A stretch of 30,631 nt of DNA from positions 1-30,631 of IMG/VR virus record IMGVR_UViG_3300035670_000939; one strand, written 5' to 3'. The position numbers and the translations under genes are program-made. The stretch is from a virus. The stretch's first letter is position 1. Every line of letters starts with the position of its first letter. This document shows positions 17,807 to 23,704 of the stretch, piece after piece. A model generated the notes under the pieces. It was not told the origin of the DNA. It was given only the letters and a program-made list of their open reading frames with translations, and made no database searches.

Positions 17807-18529
17807 TTATAATTTATGGTTCAAAAATAGGTATAAAGTGTATCTCTTACACTCGTTTTTAATAAATATTTCGTTATTTAATTTCTCTAAATCTCTTGGA
17901 TGTTTAGCTATCGCCTTGTAATGGGCAATAATCTTTTTCTTTATGCCATCAGCCTTCTCTTGTCCTAAGTTTTCTTTGTTTAGCACCTTTCGTTTCCATA
18001 GCACATCAAAAGCCATCGTATTTAGCAATTCCCAGCCTTTTTTAGCCGACTTCTCCCAATTATGGTATAATGCCTCCACAATCTCATCATCTTCTATTTT
18101 AGGCACTTCTACTGGCGGTGGCTCAACATAGGTCTTTTGCCTTACTTGAACGGCTATTGGCTTGTAAGCAGCCATAACTTCACCAAAGAATTTAGGAGTA
18201 AATGTGATTGACTTTTCTACCGATAATTTCCCCATTGCGTAAAGTTCAAAAGCTACTCCAAGTTCTTTTAGCTTAAACTGACCATAGTTTTTAATAACAA
18301 ACTCACAAAGGAATTGAAATAACTCTATTGTTGGTGTTTGGCATCCGCTTAGAGCAATACAAGTCTTAAGATGCTCTTTTACCTCTATTGGTGAACATCG
18401 ACTAATTCCCATAGTTTCTAATGCTGAAACAACTTTAAGTTCGTCTGGTTCTAAATTAGAGATTTTTAAGGGCATCCCATTCTCTCTCACTAAAATTTGG
18501 TTTGTGATTTGTATTAATTCCTGTTCCAT
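17807..18529 (-). CDS. Hypothetical protein downstream of the replication initiator (helicase-loader position; no Walker motif seen)
   Basis: 240-aa ORF whose start overlaps the upstream gene by 74 nt. The function is guessed from position only. Confidence 0.5.
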   Translation of the reverse strand: MEQELIQITNQILVRENGMPLKISNLEPDELKVVSALETMGISRCSPIEVKEHLKTCIALSGCQTPTIELFQFLCEFVIKNYGQFKLKELGVAFELYAMGKLSVEKSITFTPKFFGEVMAAYKPIAVQVRQKTYVEPPPVEVPKIEDDEIVEALYHNWEKSAKKGWELLNTMAFDVLWKRKVLNKENLGQEKADGIKKKIIAHYKAIAKHPRDLEKLNNEIFIKNECKRYTLYLFLNHKL

Positions 18530-19226
18530 ATGTTTCTGTTTTTAGTGCAAAGAAGCCTTTCCATCCTTTTGCCAATGATTGTTCAATTATTTGTAATGCT
18601 ATTCTTTCTTCACCATCTGATAGCTTAACCAAGTCTTTTAATGCGGCTTGTTCGCTTTGAGGTGTTGCGTATGTAAACTTAAATTGTTTTTTCTTAAAAT
18701 CCTTCCACATTGTCCAGTAATTAGAAAATTCTTCACTTTCAAAAGGAAGTATAACCATTACCTTATCCTTTTCCTTAACCTTATCCATAACCATAACCTT
18801 GTCCCCTTGCAAGGGGCTATCAAGGGGCTTATAGTTCTCGATTTGTTCTTTATACCTATCTAAGTTTTTTATGATTCCAGTATGTGCTTTGTTATTTTCG
18901 CTTAAACCACTTGGATATTGAAATTCTATAAAACTTGGAATAAACCATTTACTTCCGTTTTCTAAAGGAATTATTTTTCCAGTAAAGTACTCTAATGCTT
19001 TTTGTTCATCCAATTTTTCGCCAATCCTTATTTGTGCCACCTCAATATCAACTTGCCATATACCAGAATGGTCGCAGTCATCACAAATGTATAACCAAAG
19101 GAGCTTGTAAGGGGCTTTTAAAGACCTAATAAATGGTTTTTTCCATTTTTCTGTGTCTGTAAATCTCTTTGCCATAAAATAAAATAGCCCTATCAAATCC
19201 CTCCTATGTTGCAGATAGGAGTTCAT
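18456..19226 (-). CDS. Putative replication initiator/replisome-organiser-like protein (alternative start at 19175)
   Basis: Two-domain layout: N-terminal RFTDTEKWKKPFIRSL..YKLLWLYICDDCDHSGIW and C-terminal ...IIEQSLAKGWKGFF. They are joined by a repetitive linker encoded by iteron-like DNA. Confidence 0.45.
   Translation of the reverse strand: MNSYLQHRRDLIGLFYFMAKRFTDTEKWKKPFIRSLKAPYKLLWLYICDDCDHSGIWQVDIEVAQIRIGEKLDEQKALEYFTGKIIPLENGSKWFIPSFIEFQYPSGLSENNKAHTGIIKNLDRYKEQIENYKPLDSPLQGDKVMVMDKVKEKDKVMVILPFESEEFSNYWTMWKDFKKKQFKFTYATPQSEQAALKDLVKLSDGEERIALQIIEQSLAKGWKGFFALKTETYGTGINTNHKPNFSEREWDALKNL
18750..18829. repeat. Candidate origin: 3 x 18-bp tandem repeats, a 14-bp GC palindrome and a 9-bp direct repeat
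   Basis: Plus-strand units are tataaccattaccttatc (18750-18767), cttttccttaaccttatc (18768-18785) and cataaccataaccttgtc (18786-18803). The palindrome CCCCTTGCAAGGGG is at 18803-18816. CAAGGGGCT occurs at 18810-18818 and 18821-18829. Confidence 0.5.
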
Positions 19227-19279
19227 CTCAAGGGCAATAAGTTCTTAATAGGTCTGCAACACCTTGAACAAAGATAACA

Positions 19280-19474
19280 CTAATTCATTGAATACTGTGC
19301 TACTTGCTTTTTATTTTTTAGCTTAATAATGGTAGTTTTTATGTTCATACCATCGTTTCTAAGGTCAGCTATTCTTGCTGCTAATCTAAAGCATCCGAAC
19401 TTGTTTAAAGCATCAATAGGGGTTAATTTTCTACCTTTTTGCAAATAGTTTGCAATTTGTGTTGTTTGGCTCAT
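19280..19474 (-). CDS. HTH_39-like winged-helix DNA-binding protein (start moved to the internal ATG)
   Basis: MSQTTQIANYLQKGRKLTPIDALNKFGCFRLAARIADLRNDGMNI matches the HTH_39 pattern. The upstream extension in the track overlaps the preceding gene and is low-complexity and basic. Confidence 0.65.
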   Translation of the reverse strand: MSQTTQIANYLQKGRKLTPIDALNKFGCFRLAARIADLRNDGMNIKTTIIKLKNKKQVAQYSMN

Positions 19475-19520
19475 AGTGTTTGTTTTTAAAGTGCTTAACG
19501 TTTTCACCCAACGAGGGGAT

Positions 19521-19808
19521 TTAGAATGGTAATGTTTCTGTATCTTCTTGTTCTTGTTGGTTTTGTGCGTATTCCTTCTTAGCAGTTGGTGCAGTAAATG
19601 AATATTCTTTACCTCTACCACAATAGTTTTTCTTTTTCTTTTCTGCTCTTTCTTCTACGCTTTGGTTATTCCATACGCTATGCGTATTTCCTTTATCATC
19701 CACATCCTTTAAATAATCGGTTGCGATGTTTGCGTAATGCTTAACTCCTGTTTTAGTTTGAACTGGCTTCCAGTTGATGTCTTCTTGACAAATGTTTAGT
19801 ACTAACAT
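19521..19808 (-). CDS. 95-aa protein with an SSB-like acidic C-terminal tail (...QEQEDTETLPF)
   Basis: The terminal acidic stretch ending in LPF resembles the conserved SSB C-terminal peptide (D-D-D-I/L-P-F). The gene lies one ORF downstream of recT. Confidence 0.45.
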   Translation of the reverse strand: MLVLNICQEDINWKPVQTKTGVKHYANIATDYLKDVDDKGNTHSVWNNQSVEERAEKKKKNYCGRGKEYSFTAPTAKKEYAQNQQEQEDTETLPF

Positions 19809-19820
19809 AATTATTGTTTT

Positions 19821-20063
19821 TTAATTGTTTAAGTTTTCAAATTCCTCGAACTTATCGGCTAACATCTCGTAAGGTATATACTCACGTTTTGGTTGCTCTA
19901 ATAACTCTGGGAAGTATTTGCGTTTATGATTTTTTAAATGTTCTTTGGCGATGTTTAGCTTCTCCATTGTTTCCCTTGCATTGTGAGGGTAGCTTGTGTC
20001 AAACTTATATTGCCAAAACTTTACGTTTTCTCTTAAGTCCCACAATTTATTTAATGGTGTCAT
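19821..20063 (-). CDS. Hypothetical protein
   Basis: 80-aa ORF overlapping the recT stop by 4 nt. Confidence 0.5.
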   Translation of the reverse strand: MTPLNKLWDLRENVKFWQYKFDTSYPHNARETMEKLNIAKEHLKNHKRKYFPELLEQPKREYIPYEMLADKFEEFENLNN

Positions 20064-20776
20064 AAAGATTGCTTTTTCTTGGTGAATAATTTAGTAATCT
20101 CCTTATCAACCAATTGTCCGTTTAAGGTGTAAAGTTCAGCCAATTCATTTGTATTTACGCATAAATCAATGGCTAATTCTAAATCTTCAATGTTATCGTG
20201 CGTTTTAATGTAAGCTGGTTTCTCATCACTTTGTGCCATCTCATCACCTGTGTAAAGACCGCTTAAATCTTGTGGGTAAGCCTTTCTTAATGCTAATGCC
20301 TCTGCAACCTTAGAAAGCATAGTGTGTGGCATCTTTGCCCATAAACCCATTGGCTTTCCTTCGTTTGTTCTTTGGCAATACTCATCCCAATAAGCTACTC
20401 CTACCGCTGCTTCATATCTTAATCCATTATTGAATCTAAATACCGATACCTTACAAGAAATTAAATTACCATCTTTTTCAGTAAAGATTGGTTCGCTTTG
20501 ACCGCCATAGTTTCCGCTACGTTCAGCAATTACTCTAAAGCCATCAATGCTCGTTTGAATAGTCATCTTTTTAGTCCAACCATTTTGTGTCTTAACATTC
20601 CTGTGGATGCAATAGATTTGTCTTGATAACGCATCAAGCCCAGTTCTTTGTGCTTGGTAAAGAAATAGCTTTAGTTCATCAACTGTTGCCTCTGGAGCAA
20701 TCTGCGACTTTACTAATTCGATTTGGTCTTTCGTGTAAGAAAGGTGTGGCTTTTTAGCCAGTTGTTGTTCGTTCAT
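20060..20776 (-). CDS. recT: RecT-family single-strand annealing protein
   Basis: SIDGFRVIAERSG, YGGQ and WAKMPHTMLSKVAEALALRKAYP. Confidence 0.85.
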   Translation of the reverse strand: MNEQQLAKKPHLSYTKDQIELVKSQIAPEATVDELKLFLYQAQRTGLDALSRQIYCIHRNVKTQNGWTKKMTIQTSIDGFRVIAERSGNYGGQSEPIFTEKDGNLISCKVSVFRFNNGLRYEAAVGVAYWDEYCQRTNEGKPMGLWAKMPHTMLSKVAEALALRKAYPQDLSGLYTGDEMAQSDEKPAYIKTHDNIEDLELAIDLCVNTNELAELYTLNGQLVDKEITKLFTKKKQSL

Positions 20777-20827
20777 ATTGTGTTGTTTTATAGTTTAAAA
20801 TTAAGGTGTTTGGTGTTAATAACCAAA

Positions 20828-21265
20828 TTAAAGTACCACATTTAAGTTGAAAACATCATTTTTTATGGTATCATCAAACTTGTTTGACAATTGTCCCCTA
20901 ATCTTTTGGATTGAATGTAAAACTGTGGTTCTATCCCTTTTGAATATTTTGCCTATCTCATCGCTATTTAACTCTGTTTTGTCCTTAGCAAAGTACATTG
21001 ACATTTGTCTTGCCAATGCCACTTCTTCGCCTCTATATTTGCTCATTAATTGCCCATAAGGAATTTGGTAGTAATCACATACCTTTTCAGCCATTTTAAT
21101 CACATAGTCTTTTTGTTCTTGCTTGTCCATTCTTATTGTTTTTATGTTTAGTGTTTTATCTAATAAATCCTTTAGGCGGTTTATTTCCTTTTTTAACTCT
21201 TTGTTTTTATCTCGCAAAACCTCTATTTCAAGTTCTGCCATATATGTTTTGTGTACTTCTCTCAT
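20828..21265 (-). CDS. DnaA domain IV (DnaA_C) DNA-binding protein with an N-terminal coiled coil
   Basis: YYQIPYGQLMSKYRGEEVALARQMSMYFAKDKTELNSDEIGKIFKRDRTTVLHSIQKI aligns by eye with the E. coli DnaA C-terminus ([59 protein letters not shown]). No AAA+ domain is present. Confidence 0.8.
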   Translation of the reverse strand: MREVHKTYMAELEIEVLRDKNKELKKEINRLKDLLDKTLNIKTIRMDKQEQKDYVIKMAEKVCDYYQIPYGQLMSKYRGEEVALARQMSMYFAKDKTELNSDEIGKIFKRDRTTVLHSIQKIRGQLSNKFDDTIKNDVFNLNVVL

Positions 21266-21477
21266 AATGATTCTATTTCTTTTTTAACTTCACTCCAATA
21301 TATTTTAGTTACAGATTTATCATAATCAGATACATCACAAGCAATATTAATTAATTCATCTACTGCTATTAATGCACATTTTTTAGCAGATTCCATAGTT
21401 AATTGAAATAATATTTTGCCTTTAGCAAAGGATACATATTTCCCTACTAATTCTTCTGCTTTTTCTTTTGGTGTCAT
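21262..21477 (-). CDS. Hypothetical small helical protein
   Basis: 71-aa ORF with an ATGA-type overlap. Confidence 0.5.
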   Translation of the reverse strand: MTPKEKAEELVGKYVSFAKGKILFQLTMESAKKCALIAVDELINIACDVSDYDKSVTKIYWSEVKKEIESL

Positions 21478-21478
21478 A

Positions 21479-21775
21479 TTAAAAGTGCATTAAGTTTATT
21501 GGTAACATAAATTGTTCTGTAATCTCGTAAAGGTCAAGAATGATAAAATGATAGCTTTTAAGGATTCTACGTTGAATTTGGTTCATCCTTGCAATCTTGA
21601 TTAGGATGTCTTCTTCGCTAATCATTGTTCTGGTAGTGTCCAAACCTTGCCTCCATAACGCTAAATCACCATCAAATATTGTTTGTCTTCTTTGTGCTTC
21701 CTTTAGTAGCTTCAGTAGTAATGTTGCTCTTTGGTGCAACTTTAGTTGTTTCTCTTGATAGATTATCTTGTTCAT
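21479..21775 (-). CDS. Hypothetical protein
   Basis: 98-aa ORF that overlaps the tail of the RHH gene by 104 nt. Confidence 0.45.
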   Translation of the reverse strand: MNKIIYQEKQLKLHQRATLLLKLLKEAQRRQTIFDGDLALWRQGLDTTRTMISEEDILIKIARMNQIQRRILKSYHFIILDLYEITEQFMLPINLMHF

Positions 21776-21890
21776 ATTGTTTTAGGATTTTATAGATTAA
21801 CTTACTTAATGTAATGCCTTTGGCATCTGCTTCTTGTTGTAAATTAGTCTTGATTTGTTGGCTTATTAATGCCGTTACTATTGTTTTCAT
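21672..21890 (-). CDS. Ribbon-helix-helix (Arc/CopG-like) DNA-binding protein
   Basis: MKTIVTALISQQIKTNLQQEADAKGITLSKLIYKILKQY has the strand-helix-helix pattern. The C-terminal 28 aa are low complexity. Confidence 0.6.
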   Translation of the reverse strand: MKTIVTALISQQIKTNLQQEADAKGITLSKLIYKILKQYEQDNLSRETTKVAPKSNITTEATKGSTKKTNNI

Positions 21891-22011
21891 ACATTGCTTT
21901 TATGCCTTCGGCTAATTCCTTACAGGCGGTTACAGTTTCTTTAACGTAGCCATTTGGCATTGTTTTTAATTGAGTATCTAATGTGTAGATAAATGTTTCT
22001 ATTGCATCCAT
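21844..22011 (-). CDS. Possible 55-aa helical protein
   Basis: My translation: MDAIETFIYTLDTQLKTMPNGYVKETVTACKELAEGIKAMYENNSNGINKPTNQD. Its ATG is 2 nt after the upstream stop, and it overlaps the RHH start by 47 nt. Confidence 0.35.
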   Translation of the reverse strand: MDAIETFIYTLDTQLKTMPNGYVKETVTACKELAEGIKAMYENNSNGINKPTNQD

Positions 22012-22013
22012 AA

Positions 22014-22289
22014 TTATATGTTTTGATTTATTATTAAATTATATTCTAAGCGTAAACGTTCTCCTATCTGCTTCCCTCTTTGTTCAATCCATTTTGTAGT
22101 TCCGTCAAAATCATTTATTTCAATAAGTTTTATACCTCTCCATTGTAATTTACCCTTTGTAATTTGCCCTTTAATTTTTGGAGTTACTAATTTCAGTTGG
22201 TTAATTAAAAACTCATCTTCTTTTTGAGCTAATTTTAAAATTAAATTTCGTGTTAAATTTTGTTCTAATTCTTGAATTGATATTTTCAT
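22014..22289 (-). CDS. Hypothetical protein (start trimmed to MKISIQELEQ)
   Basis: The track ORF's N-terminal 15 aa overlap a better-supported small TM ORF. The internal ATG lies 2 nt after that ORF's stop. Confidence 0.5.
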   Translation of the reverse strand: MKISIQELEQNLTRNLILKLAQKEDEFLINQLKLVTPKIKGQITKGKLQWRGIKLIEINDFDGTTKWIEQRGKQIGERLRLEYNLIINQNI

Positions 22290-22291
22290 AA

Positions 22292-22420
22292 TTAAATGTT
22301 TTGAAGGATTGCAGTAATAATAAATGCCACGCATACAATGATAAATGCGTACATAGGTCTAATGCTTTCGGCTTGGTAGCGTTCGTTTGCCTTTTGTTGT
22401 GGTGTTTTTAGCTTGTTCAT
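22292..22420 (-). CDS. 42-aa protein with a C-terminal TM helix
   Basis: My translation: MNKLKTPQQKANERYQAESIRPMYAFIIVCVAFIITAILQNI. Confidence 0.35.
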   Translation of the reverse strand: MNKLKTPQQKANERYQAESIRPMYAFIIVCVAFIITAILQNI

Positions 22421-22475
22421 ATTTTTTGTTTTGGTTTTAAAATTGTGCGTTGATTAGCCGCACCCCTAACTTATT

Positions 22476-22766
22476 TTATGATTGATATAATTCGTAGTAT
22501 TCCATTAAATGTGATACATTAAACCCATTTTTAGATAAAAGATTAATTCCTTCCATAGTGCAACAAAATGAGTATTTTGTAAACTGCCAATTCTTACCAA
22601 ATGTATCTCCTTCAAATGCATCAAAAACTAAATCTTTTTTTACTAAAGAGCCAATTAAACCTTTTTGCTCGTTTGTTTCAACTTTGTAATTACCACAACT
22701 ATCTGTATTTTGTTCATTATAGATGTCGTGTAACATTTGTAATTCTTTTTGTGTAACTGTTTTCAT
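22476..22766 (-). CDS. First early gene, hypothetical mildly acidic protein
   Basis: 96-aa ORF, the first one downstream of the regulatory gap. Confidence 0.55.
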   Translation of the reverse strand: MKTVTQKELQMLHDIYNEQNTDSCGNYKVETNEQKGLIGSLVKKDLVFDAFEGDTFGKNWQFTKYSFCCTMEGINLLSKNGFNVSHLMEYYELYQS

Positions 22767-22786
22767 ATTGTTTTTGGTTTAGGATT

Positions 22787-22820
22787 CAAAGATAGGGTAT
22801 AAACTTATAACTTTATCAAA
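22787..22820 (-). promoter_or_regulatory. Candidate early promoter: TTTG (22820-22817), 22-nt spacer, TATCTTTG (22794-22787)
   Basis: The minus strand matches the Bacteroidota TAnnTTTG -7 consensus 20 nt upstream of the ATG. The spacer is 1 nt longer than the usual 19-21. Confidence 0.35.
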
Positions 22821-22891
22821 CAAGGCAAATATTTTAAATAAATGTGATGAACGGCAAATTATAAGGATAAATGGTAATTTATTGCGTATTA

Positions 22892-22940
22892 TGTTACAAT
22901 TTTTCAAATATTTGTGACAATTATATATAAAAAGGTAACA
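22892..22940. promoter_or_regulatory. Three TGTNACA-type palindromic sites phased at 21 bp (candidate operators)
   Basis: The plus strand has TGTTACA at 22892-22898, TGTGACA at 22913-22919 and GGTAACA at 22934-22940. Confidence 0.4.
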
Positions 22941-22941
22941 T

Positions 22942-22975
22942 AAAAAAGCCACCCCAATAAGACTAAAGGAGTGGC
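22942..22975 (-). terminator. Rho-independent terminator (second of a tandem pair)
   Basis: The minus strand reads GCCACTCC-TTTAGTCTTATT-GGGGTGGC followed by TTTTTT. Confidence 0.6.
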
Positions 22976-23003
22976 ACACCAATATGAACTATGCAAATTT
23001 AAT

Positions 23004-23031
23004 AAAAAAACCCCAGCTTTTTACACTGGGG
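23004..23031 (-). terminator. Rho-independent terminator (first of a tandem pair)
   Basis: The minus strand reads CCCCAG-TGTAAAAAG-CTGGGG followed by TTTTTTT, 24 nt after the stop at 23055. Confidence 0.7.
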
Positions 23032-23054
23032 AACATATGAAACGCCAACAACAA

Positions 23055-23324
23055 CTATTTAGAGCCATCTTGTAATGGCACATCGTTTGAATTATCTATC
23101 CGCCTATATCCTAAATTCCACAAAACTTTACATAAAGTTACACTTTTCTCAATAATCGTTTCCTCATCATCCATTGGGTTCAATAGGTGTTCCACTTCGT
23201 GTATTACAATTTCAAGATGTTTCTTGCCCTTTAGTCGTTGGTCAATATAAATAATACCATCGCTTTCCGCAATGCCGTAGGCTTGTTCCCTACCTAATTT
23301 CTTATGAATTATCTTAATCTTCAT
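23055..23324 (-). CDS. Minimal HExxH zinc-metallopeptidase-like protein (SprT-like arrangement)
   Basis: LGREQAYGIAESDGIIYIDQRLKGKKHLEIVIHEVEHLL in an 89-aa protein. Confidence 0.5.
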   Translation of the reverse strand: MKIKIIHKKLGREQAYGIAESDGIIYIDQRLKGKKHLEIVIHEVEHLLNPMDDEETIIEKSVTLCKVLWNLGYRRIDNSNDVPLQDGSK

Positions 23325-23505
23325 CTTTCATTTCGTATAAATCTGGTCTATCTATTTCTCTAAACTCAACCATTTCGCCACCTCTAATTTTACCAAGATT
23401 AGTTCTTATTTCAAACTCTGCATCAAATAACTCTTGTAGCTTCATTACAAGCCAAGATTCTTGCTCCGATGCGTTCCACTTAGAAAATCCTTTAGGGTAT
23501 TTCAT
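23314..23505 (-). CDS. Hypothetical acidic protein
   Basis: 63-aa ORF, tightly packed. Confidence 0.45.
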   Translation of the reverse strand: MKYPKGFSKWNASEQESWLVMKLQELFDAEFEIRTNLGKIRGGEMVEFREIDRPDLYEMKDED

Positions 23506-23506
23506 A

Positions 23507-23704
23507 TTAATAAACTTTATTGTTCCTGTTTAATATTATCTTCTTTAGATAAAGGCTTAAATCAAGTGCTTCTTCGTATGCGTAATCCATCCAATCGATA
23601 TCGCTTAAATCAGTCCTATCCATTGTTGTTCCGTACTCTTTTTTGCCTTTTGCTTCTCTATTTCGCATATCATCAATGACTTGCTTTAATACTTCGCTAT
23701 CCAT
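23507..23704 (-). CDS. Hypothetical small helical protein
   Basis: 65-aa ORF. The pattern KKEYG...D..W.DYAYEEALDLSLYL is faintly MazG/NTP-pyrophosphohydrolase-like, which I could not verify. Confidence 0.4.
   Translation of the reverse strand: MDSEVLKQVIDDMRNREAKGKKEYGTTMDRTDLSDIDWMDYAYEEALDLSLYLKKIILNRNNKVY

Noticed and set aside
19475-19621. N-terminal extension of the HTH_39 ORF (track call 19280-19621)
   Set aside because: The extension overlaps the 3' end of the SSB-tail gene and encodes low-complexity basic sequence. The recognisable domain begins at the internal ATG at 19474.
20777-20827. AT-rich hairpin TTTGGT-TATTAAC-ACCAAA between the DnaA-IV gene and recT
   Set aside because: It has a 6-bp weak stem and no U-tract, so it is not convincing as a terminator or operator.
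22290-22334. N-terminal extension MRGIYYYCNPSKHLI of the 22014-22334 ORF
   Set aside because: It overlaps a small TM ORF (22292-22420) that ends 2 nt before the internal ATG at 22289. The shorter start fits the genome-wide pattern of tight coupling.
22421-22475. Hairpin GTGCG-GCTAATCAA-CGCAC after the first early gene
   Set aside because: It has only a 5-bp stem and is followed by AATTTTAAAA rather than a U-run. It may be an attenuator, but the support is too weak to call.
22779-22982. 67-aa minus-strand ORF in the large intergenic gap
   Set aside because: It spans a terminator hairpin, the phased palindromes and the promoter-like region. The peptide is Cys/Phe/Ile-rich and unlike a real protein. 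I treat it as non-coding regulatory DNA.
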